This document shows positions 1 through 14,335 of a stretch of DNA of 64,000 nt, in pieces; the first letter of the stretch is position 1, and every line of letters begins with the position of its first letter. The notes under the pieces were generated by a model that was not told the DNA's origin, ran no database searches, and was given only the letters and a program-made list of their open reading frames with translations. Both the position numbers and the translations under genes were made by a program. The DNA is from the human T2T-CHM13v2.0 reference genome, Homo sapiens: assembly GCA_009914755.4 (NCBI GenBank), contig CP068257.2, forward strand, positions 16,768,001 through 16,832,000, written 5' to 3'.

Positions 1-1460
1 TGTGGCTGGGTTGTAATCAGATAAATATCTCTAATACAGTTACATTTTTAGAAACTAATATAAAATAAGAAAATATGTATTCTTCGTCAAAAATACTTCT
101 GGACATTTCAGAGACTTCTTTTTTCTCCAAAAATACCAGTGCCATAGTCAATGAACACTCCTAGGATTGATGGTTCCAAGTTGATATGAGCTTAAGAAAT
201 ACACATTTGCTTTTCTCCAAGACTGGTAATTATTTCTTTGACTTTCTATATAATTTTAACATGTTATTCTGAGATCTAATTGGCAAATTCTTTGTATTTT
301 AGGTTTTTAAAGGGGTGGTCATCTTTATTCACACACAGTCTGAGGACTATTTAATAAACATCTTAACTAGGCACAAAGGAGAAGGTGGACCTTTAAATAT
401 TATTAAATGTCTTTATCATTGAGGATTCTTAAGTACTGCAATCTAAGAGATTTGCTTACTGGATATTTTTGTTTATTTTTTTGATCCTTGAAAAATTTGG
501 CTGGATATAAAAATTTGGTGCTATTCTCTGGTACTGAATATTGAACTAGTCCTCCTTTATTGTTATAAAATAAAAGAGTTATAGTTGTAACGATCAATTC
601 AATTTTAATTGAGTATGTATCATCATCAGTCAGGTTGTTTTAAAAAAAGAAGTGTGTTTAGAAGAGCTGCTGGATTCCATATTCCATGAGTTCATTCATA
701 TGTGAGAAATCTTCCTCTTTCTTTTATACTTGACTGATAATATATTGATGCATGGGTAAGTGACAAGTTTTTTTTCCTTGGAATTCTGAAGATTTTTTTA
801 ATAGTGTGTTTTTTTTTCTGCCACTGAACATAATTGTGCCAATGTATGATGCTAACCCTTTTTCTTACTTTTGTATGTGACATGTTTTATATCTGCCTGA
901 ATGCTTACAGAATTATGTTTTCATACTTGAAGTTCAAAAGAGAGTAAATTGGCATTGATTATTCTGAATTAATCTTTCTTAGAATGTGATGTACCTTTTT
1001 CAGTTTCCCTTTTATCTCAGGAAAAAAATCCTTTATTAAAGCTTCAAATCTTTTTTTGTGTTTTTGTTGTTCAATTTACTAGAATTCATAATGGGGTTAG
1101 GGTCCAATTTTCCTTAGGATGAATTATCTTAGTCATTTATCTATATCTCTACTTTTCTTGTAATTATTTCATTATATCTGTATCTCTCTCATACATTTCA
1201 ATTATATGCAATGTTCAACTGTGTATTTCTGTTCTCTGCCATCCCTAATTTACAAATTTGTGTAATGCTGTTGCTTTGTTGTAATTGATTTTCATAATTA
1301 TAATCTTTCTATTTTATTCAAATTCTGGATTTTGTTACTGGGTTCTTATTGTCTTCAACTCATTTATTAAGTTTTAAAAGTAATAAATAGTACTGTTGAA
1401 AATTTTTCTTTGATTGAGTTTGCTTCCAAAATCAGTTTTTGGAAATATTTTCTATACAAT

Positions 1461-1610
1461 CTCCCCCCCTTCCCCCCTTCACCCCTCCCTCCTTTCCCCC
1501 TTCCTTCCTTCCCTCCCTCCCTCCCTTCCCTCCCTCCCTCCCTTCCTTCCTTCTTCCCTCCCTCCCTCCCTTCCTTCCTTCCTTTCTTCCTTCCTTCCGT
1601 CTTTCCTTCT
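1461..1610. repeat. (TCCC/TTCC)n polypyrimidine microsatellite, ~150 bp
   Basis: Uninterrupted C/T-only tract (ctccc/cttcc units) read directly in the sequence. The ORFs 1410-1704 are translations of it. Confidence 0.9.
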
Positions 1611-4373
1611 TAGGTATATTCACATGTCTTCCACACTGTTTCTTTCCATCTGGTTCATGCTTGTCGTAGTCCTACCTGTGTTATTTTTCATTGTTTTCCC
1701 ATAGAGTAGGTTAATGTCCTTACATTTTTATGAGCTACAGTTTTGAAGAAATTAACCTGGATATGCATTTTTTTTTTTTTTGCAATTTAAGTGGTTAGAG
1801 AAAGGTTTTGAGGCAGGAGTATAAATTCACATGAGGCTGTATACAGCCTTCTTTTGATGGCCCATATTTCCTTCTCTTTTCTGCAATTTTGTTAAAAATC
1901 CTGTACAAAGGTTCCTTTGTACTAATGTGAGGTTTATTCTATCTGTGAATGTGTGTGGGATGCCACTGGGATGCCACTGTGCTACATACTATTCTCTACA
2001 ATTTAATGAGTAGCATTAAGAATTGACAAACTCCTAATGGCTCCTCCCATCTCCACTGGGATCCTGTAGCAGTCACTGATCCCTAGGGTTTGCTAGTCCT
2101 CAGATATTTTCCCTATCTTTATTTCAGGTTGCCTGCTTACCAGTCACCTGTTTTTCTACAGACTGCAAAATATTAATGAAAATTAGAACTTTTTTGAGTT
2201 TCTTTTCAGCAAAATGATGGGGAGGGGAGAGTTTGTAGATGAATAATAGAAAAAAAAAAGAGCCATGTTGAATTCCCTACTATTTTTGTTATTGGATGGA
2301 GTGTATGCCTCAACTTTATTTTTCTATTTGTTTTTTGTTTTCCTGTTGATGAGTTTTTGTGATTTTTTGACTGGTTTGAAACCAGTTTATAAAATCGAAT
2401 TATATTCTGGAGAAGGAGGTTTTAAGCTTCAGCTCCACTCAAATTTTATTCAAAAGTCCATGTAACTTCTGACCTAAAGAACTAAAGACTATGCCAATTT
2501 TATTCAACTTAAGGATATATCAACTTTATTCAGCCAGAATAATACCTAAATATTAATATAGATGTTATAAAACCTCACTGGCTCTAAGATTGTATGCATG
2601 GACAATATCATTAGTTATTTTATCTACACTATTAAAAATACTACCAAATCTAGTATTTAGCTGATTACTACTTTACAGAAGGATACAAGAAAACTGAAAA
2701 TTCACAAACTAAAAATGCTTTAAATTAATAATAATCTCTTGCATTGTTTACAATCCCATTAAACAGCAGTTACATTCCTCTGCTACTTCTAGGTTAATCA
2801 TAAAGGAAGTCCTTAAGTATGATACATGCTAGAATATTCTTTTTGAAATATTTTAATTACTAAAAAGTGTATTTGCCATTCAAAAGGATGGTGTGTTGTG
2901 AAAAATATCACTAGACATGTTGACAGAAGACCCAGCTGTATATATAAGGATTGACACTTACTAGGTATTCTTAGGCATTTTGTTAAAACTTTTTTTTTTT
3001 TGAGCTTCAGTTTTCTACTTTAGAGAACAAAGTTATTGATCTTAAAATCACTTTCCTTTCTACAATTTTATGACTTCATGATTTTTATGGTTCCTTCCAA
3101 AGGAAAGTATATGATTTATGTCTCTTTACATTAAAAAGTCTTTTTTTCCCTGAGATTTGTTTCAGATATTCACCTAAAAATCACCTATGTGAGACTATCT
3201 TTTAAAACATTTTCTGAAGATCTTCTCCTTCATATCTCCCACTGACCTTTCATTCTCTTTGCAATTCCTTTTTATCCTCCTCTTGTCTGACTACAGTGAA
3301 ACCATATTTACTTTCCCTTTGCTAATGCAAATTCTTGCTTCCTCGCCCTTCATCCTTTGTTCCCACTCCACATGTGGTTTTTTACCTTGCCATATGAAAG
3401 TCACTCTCACCAAGCATATTTCCCTAATCTACTTTTGTCTGTAAAGTGGATTATGAAACTTTTGAATGAAAGGCATTATACCAGAACATGCTAAACCGCA
3501 TAGCACTTAACTCTTCTGAAGGGAAGAACTCTATTCATGGCAGTATTCAAAAATAGACCTGTATTTCGGGGAAGAAACACGAACCAGGCTGGGAAAGATT
3601 GCTTTTTCCTCGTAGGGGTTACCACACTTTTTACAGCATCCTACTTGGTTAGTAGGAAGCTTTGAAAAAAATATCAGCATGTTCTTCCCAATCAGCTGCT
3701 AGTTTAGATCATTTTCAAAGAAATCCCCTGTGTATCCAGAATCCTAACCAATTCACAATTCTATGATTTCAGATTGTTGTGCCAGCCACATCTGTAGCTC
3801 AGGCAAGATTTATCTTCTCACCATGTTACTTTTTAACTTTAATAATCCTAGTGCCCAGAGGTCAAAAGATTATTTGATATTGAAAGAGAGTGAGCCTACT
3901 TGTCAGATTTTCTCAATGCTCTTTTATCTAATTTCCCTGCTATCATCACCAAAGTGTTATACCAACATTTACTTTGTCCACAGAATCAGTTTTCCACATC
4001 CGCTTGCTAAGTTCTGTCTTAACACAATTCCAGGAAGCTTGTTCTGTTTTCTTTTCTAAGCGAAAGAATAAAAATAAAATCCAATTAGGAGATCACCGAA
4101 TTAAAGAACTAAAAGTTCCTGACATGGTTTGGACCTCTAAATTCCCAAGTAAAAATTTGCATTTCATGTTTCTGACTATGTCTTTTTAGCCACCATCCAA
4201 ATAAATTCATTGGGTAATATTTCGTACTAGGTAAATACATAGCTTCTTTGCTGCTGTTTTATTTTTAACGATGTCAGTTTCGAGAACAAAGTGGCCAGGT
4301 ATGTAGTGTGATTTTGCTTAAATAATTTGTACTGTACCTAGAATTATGTGTTTGATTAATGTGTCTAGTAACC

Positions 4374-4396
4374 CTGCTGCTGCTGCTGCTGCTGCT
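4374..4396. repeat. (CTG)7-8 trinucleotide repeat
   Basis: ctgctgctgctgctgctgctg read directly. Confidence 0.85.
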
Positions 4397-4832
4397 GAGT
4401 TGGGTCCATTAACATTAAAAATAAAATAACTCACAAAAACCAGGAAGGCTGCATTATTAAGTCATTTTTTTACGACAGGGAAGTCAATGACAGAAGCATG
4501 ACCCTGGTAAAATTGGTTAGGTGTAGGGAATTAAACGGCATAATAACATGTTCAGTTAAATTCCTTACATTAGATCCTTGGAAACGTTGTGTAAAAATAA
4601 GATAAATTTTAAATAAATATAATTGTGGTGGTGATCATTCTCTATCTGTATTCATTCTTCCCTTTCGCCTTTTAGAGACGAAACTAACTGAATTTTACCT
4701 GTGCACCACAAGCTACCTGCCCTAGTTTTCAATCTTTCTTCAGTTTAGATGTGGTCATGTGTAGGTTGCTTTTTCAATAAAATTGTAACTATGAGTTTGA
4801 ATTAGAAATTTAAGTGTAATTCATAATGCATT

Positions 4833-5070
4833 TTCCCCTTCCTGCCTTCCCTCCCTCCCTCCCTTCCTCTTCCTTCCTTCCTTTTCTCTCTCTTTCTTCC
4901 TTCCTTTCTTTCTTTCTCTTTCTTTTTCTTTTTCTTTCTTTCTTTTCTTTCTTTTCTTTCTTTTCCTTCCTTCCTTCCTTCCTTCCTTCCTTCCTTCCTT
5001 CCTTCCTTCCTTCCTTCCTTCCTTTCCTTCCTTCCTTCCTTTCTTTCTATCTTTCTTCTTTCTTTCTTTC
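4833..5070. repeat. (TTCC)n/(CTTT)n polypyrimidine microsatellite, ~240 bp
   Basis: Long pure pyrimidine tract, ccttccttcc changing to ctttctttc. ORFs 4821-5089 on both strands are repeat translations. Confidence 0.9.
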
Positions 5071-5089
5071 AGATGCATTATGTGTCTAA

Positions 5090-5602
<513 letters not shown>

Positions 5603-5839
5603 TAATTAAAATAATTTGTTTACAAAGTGCTTACTTGTTTATGTGATAGTAGTAATTATTTAGCTATAATATTTTAATGACATGCTTTTTCTTCCAGTAA
5701 CTATTTCAGCATAGAAATATTATAGACTTAAGGAATGCATAGAAACTTAATAGACTGTCATTAGAATGTTAAGATATTATTTCTCCTTTTTATTTCCTTT
5801 AATTTTTTAAAATTCTTACAATTTAAGGTGTTTATACTC

Positions 5840-7440
5840 CATTTTTAACAGTTTTTTTTAAGATACACACCACTGCACATATTTAATGTATACAATTTGA
5901 TGAGTTCAGACAAATGCCAACAATGTAAAATCATCACCATAATCAAGGAATAGACATGTCCTAACAGCTCCCATTTTCTTTGTGTCCCTTTACTTCTTGT
6001 GTGTGTGTGAGTGTGTGATTTTTGAACATAACGTGAGCTTTCAACTCTTTCTTACCAAATTTTGAAATGCACAATATCATATTGTTAACTCTAGGCACTA
6101 TGTTATACAGCAAATTTCTATAACCAGTTTATCTTGCATAATTACAATTTTATACATATCGAATTCTTCATTTGCCCAACTCTGCAGCCCTTGGCAATCA
6201 TTATTGTATTGTCTGCTTCTATGAGTTTGACTATTGTAGATACCTCATATAATTAGAATCATGAATTATTTTTTCCTGTGTGAGTGGCTTATTTCACTTA
6301 GCATAATGCGTTCCAGGTTCATCCACGTTGTTGCAAAAAGCAGAATTTCCTTCCCTTTTAAGGCTGAATAATAATCCATTTTATGCATATATCACATGCT
6401 TCTTTATCCATTTATCTGTCAAAGGACACTTAAGTTGTTTCCATATCTTGGCTACCGTGAATAATGTTGTAATAAACGTGGGACAGAGATGCAGATATCT
6501 CTTTGTGACCCTGATTTCAATTTCTTGGGATATATACCCAGAAGTGGGATTTCTAGATCATATGGTAGCTCTATTTAAAAATTTTTAAGGACCTCCGTAC
6601 TGTTTTCCATAGCTGTTGCATCATGTTACATTCCTACAAACACTGTATAAGTGTTTCAATTTTTCTACCTTCTTGCTAGCCCTTATCTGTTTTTTTTTGA
6701 CAGTAGACACCCTAAAGGTGTGAGGTAATATCATTCATTGTAGTTTCGATTTGTATTTCCCTGATGATTAGACATTTTGAGCACTTTTTTACACACCTGC
6801 TGGCCATTTCTGTGTCTTCTTTGGAGAAATGTCTATCAGGGTGCATGCCCATTTTTAAATTCAGGTTACTTGTCTTTTTGCTATTGATTTGTGAGTTCCT
6901 TATATAGTTTTGAAATGTATCCCTTATCAGATGTTCGTTTTGCAAATGTTTTCTCCTATTCTATAGGTTGCCTTTCAATCTGTTGCTTCCTTTCCTGCAC
7001 AGGAGCTTTTTAGTTTGACATAGTCCCACTTCTCTAGTTTTGCTTTTATGTTCTATGATTTTAGTGCCATAGTCAAGAAATCTTTGCCAAGACCAATGCC
7101 AAGAAGGTATTCCCCTATGTTTTCTTCTAGAAGTTTGACAGTTCAGATCTTATGTTTAAGTCTTTAGTCCATTTTTGTTTGATTTTTGTGAGTGGTGTAA
7201 GGCAGAGATCTATTTTTGTTTTTTTGAAGGTAGTGTCTAGTTTTCCCAGTTCTACTTTTTGAAGAAATTATACTTCCTTACCCATTGTGTATCCTTAGCA
7301 CTGTTGCTAAAGATGGGTTGACCATATATGTATGAGTTTACAGCTGGTCTCTTTATTTTGTTCCACTTAATATATCTGTCTTTATGCTAGTACCATACTG
7401 TTTTAATTACTATGGTTTCTACCACTTCTATTCTGTAAAG
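5840..7440 (-). mobile_element. Old L1 (L1M-type) 3' portion, antisense: 3'UTR and ORF2 C-terminal region
   Basis: Begins with the reverse complement of the L1M 3' terminus (ttaacag(c)ttt...tgcacatatttaatgt(a)tacaatttgatgag). Contains the antisense ORF2 C-terminal peptide (ORF 6712-6945: RHFSKEDTEMASRCVKKCSKCLIIREIQIETTM). Confidence 0.8.
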
Positions 7441-8052
7441 TCCTGGAAGTCTTAGCCAGAACCATTAGGTAAGAGAAAGAAATAGAAGGAATCAAAATTG
7501 TAAAGGAACAGAATAAAATGTTCTCTGTTTGTAGATGACATCATCTTGTGTGTAGAGAACCCTAAAACTCCACCTACACAAAATGTTAGAACTAATAAAC
7601 AAATTGAGTAAATATGCAGGATACAAAATCAACGTACAAAAAATCAGTTGTATTTCAAAACATTAACAAGGAACCATTCTAAAAATAAGCTAAAAAACAA
7701 TTCCATTTACAATAGCATAAAAATCATACAATATTTAGAAATAAGCATGGGGGTGAAATACTTATACAACGAAAACTGCAAAACATTGATGACGGAAATT
7801 AAAGGAGACACAGATAAATGAAAAAAAACATGGCTTTCTATGGATTGGACGACTTAATATTGTTGAAATATAAATATTAGCCAAATTGATCTACAGGTGA
7901 AATGCTATATTCATCAAAATCCTAATGGTGTTTTTTACAGAAATAGAGAAAAGAATCCTAAATTTCATTTGGAACCACAAAAGACCCAGAGTAGCCGAAG
8001 AGATCTTGAGAAAGAAGAGCAAAGCTGGAGACATCACACTTCTTGACTTTAT
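7441..8052 (+). mobile_element. Inverted 5' segment of the same L1M element (twin-priming type 5' inversion); ORF2 reverse-transcriptase (RT)-end region in sense on the plus strand
   Basis: The sense ORF2 peptide run reads VLARTIRQEKEIEGIKIVKEQNKMFSVCR (the frame is broken after ...KIVKEQ) and ends at ...[12 protein letters not shown] (L1 consensus [14 protein letters not shown]). The adjoining antisense segment starts at the next residues (LYYKATVIKTVWYWH), so L1 coordinates are contiguous across the orientation switch at ~7440. Confidence 0.7.
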
Positions 8053-9479
8053 ACTCCATTTTAAACTTTACTTTTTCAGAATATCCTAGAGCAAAATTCA
8101 TATTATCCTTATATATCTTTTGAACAGTAGAAATTTGTAGACTTACTATTATCATAAGGCATTTGTTTTTACAGCCCAGTGTTCCATCTCCTTGGTTAGT
8201 AATATTCTCTTGAAGACATTGGCCCCTTGTACCTTATCCATATCATTACAGAGTGGGGATGATACTGGTTAATTTTTGAAATTCTAATACTTAGCCAAAA
8301 TGTGAAACTCTTTGATAAATTCACAAACTATCTGCAGCATATTGTAAAGAACTTTAAATGTAGTTATCTTGTTTATGAGTTTAAATTATCTAGATGACTT
8401 TTGACTTTCTTTATCTTTTGCTATTGGACATGATAAACTCATTCATTCAAGAGTACATACACTTCATGCCCTACTAACACCTTAGATGTACTTATCTATT
8501 GATGACACATTTTCTATGCTCTTTACTTTGTATTAACGAGATTACAAATCATTGATTCTCAAGTAAAGCTGATACATACCAGATTTTGAGATACACCATG
8601 GCAGTCAACGTCAACTGTCTTCATAAAGATAGTGGTAAATTAAGCACGTCAACTTACATTTTGACTAATAATACAATTAATTTTTATGTATAAGATAGTA
8701 ATTTTAACTGTGCTTGAATATCAAACCAACTATAATAAGAAAAAAATCATGTCAATTGTAACATTTCAGCCAATTTTTACATAAAAGGCCTTAGAAAGGT
8801 AATTTCAAGATTTTGGAGTATGTATAACCTAATCATTATTTATTTGGCACTTCTATTTTAAATTGTCTATTACCTTTTCTCACATAAAAAGAGCCATGTT
8901 TTTACAAGTTGAATCAGAAGTCTCTACTCTGTGAGGGTAAGAAAGCAACAATTAACCATTCCAGAACTTTACATAATCCTATGATTGTCTCCCTCTCTTA
9001 TATAAAACATTCTGCCACAGCAAACAAGCAGGTGCAATTACAGCCAGACTGAGATTTCTGGAGATAAAGAATAAACAAAGATGGCATGAATATGTCCTAA
9101 AACACAGTAATCTAATTAAAATATGCAATTAAAATAGTTAATGCAATTTTCTATGTCAAGATACTACAGAAAAAAGAAGATATGTTTTGAAACATTTTAA
9201 GACTCCTACTACATAAGTTAGTATCTATACTGAACAAGATTTGGTGTGCTCACAATTTAATTAACTTCAGGCTCTCAATAACCGTGTGATAAAAATAGAG
9301 CCTAAACCCCTCAGAAGTCTGTATCTGCTAGATGTTTCTGATCTAGAAAATAAAATTAACTCTTCAGTGAAATGATCCAAATAGATTGCCAAGAGCTAAT
9401 CTTGCTCAATGTGAATCGATCCATATTAAGAAAATAATTAGGAGAATGCTGTTATCAGAGGCAGCAATGTGTCAGTCAA

Positions 9480-9590
9480 AAGGGTAGCCTACACACATAT
9501 AAACACGTATACACACAATCACACACATACACACATACACATTCATGCACAAACATACATATATTCACACACATACACCTACTTGGAATA
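9480..9590. repeat. CA-rich low-complexity repeat (cacaca/catacaca)
   Basis: acacacatataaacacgtatacacacaatcacacacatacacacatacac read directly. Confidence 0.8.
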
Positions 9591-10764
9591 TAATTGCCAG
9601 AAATGCTATATCTGTTTCACAAGGAATTTGTTCAAACAAATGTAAAAAGCTATGCTATTGGGAGAAGTTGAGCTTGGCTAGCAATTTAAGAAAAGCAATC
9701 ACTTGGATCCTGGTCTCTTTCTTCAGCTAAAAGGTAATGAAATGTATTGCTCATTTGTTCTTTCTGTCATGTCCAATTAAAACAAAAGAAATGAAACTTC
9801 TCTGTCTCTTCCAAACAGGCTCTCCCCTATGGTTTCATTTCACCCATTAGATACTTTAATGCTTGCTACTAGCTGGAAGACGATACCCAAAATACAGTGT
9901 CTAAGGGATACCTTACTTCTGTGGATTAGAGGTGAGAGAGTTAAGAACCTTATTTTAAAAAGTGTTCTGTGGTCTTTCTGCATCTCTTATCATTTTTATC
10001 TGTTGTAGCGATGGCTAAGTGGAAAGAGAATGTCATTCTGCGGCCAGTACTGTGGAATACTAACAATTTTACAGCCACATACGTAGAAGCGACAGTGGCC
10101 ATATCTGTGTGCGAATGGTGTTATCTGCCTCTCTACATCAGCTGGATGGGCTACAACCTTAAACTTGGGTCAACCTTTCTGCCCTTAGGGATTGATCTAT
10201 ACGTGGCCTCTTGCTGAAATAGGGAAAATGTTACCCCCCCAATCATCTTTTACCCTGTAGCCCTGCCCATTCATCTCTTTGATTTGGTCTACGTATTCTT
10301 TTGCTCTATAATCTATTAACTATTAAACGTTATAGCTGCTACTTATAGCTGTGTTTTTAGTTCACAGAAGACAATATTGTGATTTAAATATTTAAAAATA
10401 ATATTGACCAATCTCTGCTAGAAAACATTGTTAAAATTGGAATCTCCAGAGAAAAGAAATGGGCACCTCTTTGTGACAATGGCTGTTGATTCAGCGTATG
10501 CTATACATGGTAGATCAATGCAAAAACAACGGAGTTCATACTATTTGCAATTATGGGATTGCCTCATTAAAAAATGCTATCATACTGCTCTGAAAGCCGA
10601 CCATACAAGTTAGATCATTCTTGTCATACCCAACTAAATCAGCGTTGAGCCAGGGGGAAAAATCACTCAGTGAATGTGCAATTGTTCCAAGAATGTAATT
10701 CTCTGCAAGCCTGGTAGAAACAGCCAACTTTAACCTGAAACCAGTTTTATCTAATAGTTGCTGA

Positions 10765-11186
<422 letters not shown>

Positions 11187-13478
11187 GACATTTCCTCTTT
11201 TTCTAAAAACTCTAACCTTCTCTTTCTTCTTTGGACATACCAAAGACCACCTGGTGTGTGTGTATGTCCCAAATTGCAATTCTTGCTTTCCTCCCCGAAA
11301 TTTTAACTATGGAGATCCACCTCTACGTTTTATTTGACTTTGACACCAGCCTGGTAGAAAAGTATCCTTCTCTGCTTCACTGACATGAAACTTAGCCATG
11401 CATCTGTAGTCGTTCCTGTAGGTGGAAAATACATCCTGCCCTGGTATGTGACTGTTTTTGGATAAAGAAATGGGAATACAAGCAAATCAGAATGTGATTG
11501 GTTATGTCTTTTTTCCCCCTTCTACCATGAGAAAAGTAATTTCCCAGATACAATTGTTCTGTCAACATGGGTTGCAAAGTGAAGATATGTGAAGGAGAGT
11601 AACAGCTAATCAACAACGGACACACAATGTGAACAAGAAATTGACATTTGTTTTTGTTTGCTACTGGGACCTGAAAGTCATTTTTTTAAATGTAGCATAC
11701 CGTAGCCTAGCCTGAGTGATATGGTAATTTTAAAAATATGTATAGGAAAAGGAGGGCTGTAATTTCCTCAGCACTAGACTAGACATGAAAAATTTGAAGT
11801 TTTCTTCACATTTTTCTAACAGTGTTACCTGAAATGGTTATTGAATTCCTCCAATGCTAGCTTCTGCGTCTATGCAATGAATGGTTTGGATGAGGCAATG
11901 TTAGCCACCTTTAACATCCTTTGAGTCTGTGATTCGAGTAAACCTCAAAGCATGGCTGAAGTCACCATTATTTAGATTTGCTGAAATCTCCTTCTTTTTA
12001 TTACTTCCTTATTAAGTAGCTAGGTGGCAGTTTGTGGTTGAATAGAACACAAAGTCTATTGAATTTTCTATTTCTATGTGGCTAGGGAAAGATCTTCAAT
12101 ATTTGGAAGGTATAATAAAAATTCTCAAGTTGTAGCGAAGGTTAAATTAACCACTAGCCATACCTTGGATTTAGTAAAACCTGCATGTTACCTAAAACAA
12201 TTAGTAATTTGCCTTTGACTTAGTGATATTTGTCATTGTTAAAGCTGTCACACTAGGTCAATAGATGCAACAGGTAACAAAAGCACTTGATCTTACTGCT
12301 GTATAAAATAAGCTTTTTATCTTGGACTTTCTGTTAAGTTCCGTTAAGAGAGTTTTTCAAATAGCATGGCCAGGCTTTGGCACTGAGGATGATACTGCCT
12401 GCGAGATTCACAATGTAGATGTCACTTTGGCTCTACTCAGATAAGAGGTATCACTGCACTGAGTCACAGCAATATAGAGTCAGATGGTTTTCTGCTATGT
12501 AGGCTTTCTCCGTTCAACCCCAAGAAGTATCTAGGGAGGATTTCAAAAGTGTATGGCTTTAACACTTAAAACATCATTCCTAAATATCATCCTGAAGCTT
12601 GTTAGAAATGTTGAATCACTCTAGATTTATTAAATAAGGATGTGCATTTTAAGATCTCCAGGTGACTTATATGTACACTACATTTCTAAAAAGGGAGAGC
12701 TTGGAGAAACTAAGATATTCTCTTTTGTAGCTGTTATTTTACATATATGACACGGAGGACTATATCACTAAACACTATACCACTAATATTGGAAAATATC
12801 ATAGCACTAATATAGGATCAATGTAACTTGCAATGATGTAAAAATATGCAGCATATTTCAAATGGATTCTCAATCTTCAAATATTATGGAAGAATCTTGA
12901 TTTGGTGTTTCAAGATCTTGGTCACAGTTTTCAGTACTCCACTCTGATTGTAAAGGGAAGGCAGTTTGCATAGAGGTTGAAAGTATTGGTTCTGGGTCTA
13001 ATTTTTTGAGCTAAAACCTTGGCGTCTTGTTACTGTGTATAAAACTGTGGATAGTTTTTACTTAATTTTCCTGAATTTTATTTTCTCATCAACATTATAG
13101 GGATAATAGTTACCTAATAGTTAAGGAAAATCTTTAGAAAAGTTATTTGAGACCAGATGTTTCTATCCCTGGTCAGTTAACAATTTTTTCTTTCTTAGGG
13201 TTCATTAATGAAGTTGTAACCAGTGTTTTAATTTAGGAATGCCAAAGGTCAGTATATATTTTTGTAAGATAACTATATGGTTTCATTAAAGAAAAATATT
13301 TGACATATGCAATTTCTATTCCTTTGTTTGAGGATTGTACTCTGTCTTTTGAATGCTCTTCTCCTTAATCTATTTATGGAATGGTTTGCTCCTTTATGTA
13401 AGACATGAATAAGATTTTTCTGATACAAAAGTTTCCCCAGGAAGATAATGGATTAAGCCTTATGGAGACTTTAAGTAA

Positions 13479-13948
<470 letters not shown>

Positions 13949-14224
13949 CTGAAGGCAAGTATTACTCTTAATGAAAAATAAATGGAAGGTGAAACCTTTG
14001 GTGACTTGATACTTTACCTTCTTATGTTTATTTAAAAAAAAAAATCACAATGTGGTTTACCTCTGATTGAAGATGCATGTAACTTGAGCAACAGATCCCA
14101 AAACATCACTTCATGATGTTATTTTGAAAACAGGATAAAATGATATGAATCATATAATGATAATTACTTACAGTTAATGATCATTGACTATGTACTATGT
14201 GTAATTCTAGGAATTTTACATGCA

Positions 14225-14335
14225 TTTAGTTATTCTCACGATAACCCTATGATGTTAAACAGTAGTAGCGTGGCAGGTGCTACAATTATTCCCATTTATG
14301 AGATGTGGAAACTGAGGCACAAAGCATTTAAATAA
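14225..14335 (+). mobile_element. MIR SINE core fragment
   Basis: ctcacgataaccctatgatg...attattcccatttatgagatgtggaaactgaggcacaaag matches the MIR core (ctcacaacaaccctatgagg...attatccccattttacagatgaggaaactgaggcacagag). Confidence 0.7.

Noticed and set aside
1020-1440. Possible very old L1 ORF2 antisense fragment (ttcaatttactagaattcataatggggttagggtcc...)
   Set aside because: The similarity to L1M antisense sequence is only impressionistic and too diverged to call without an alignment.
1410-1704. Overlapping 63-96-aa ORFs rich in PSLPPS or KEGRKEGRK on both strands (also 4821-5089)
   Set aside because: They are translations of the (TTCC)n/(GGAA)n microsatellites, not coding sequence.
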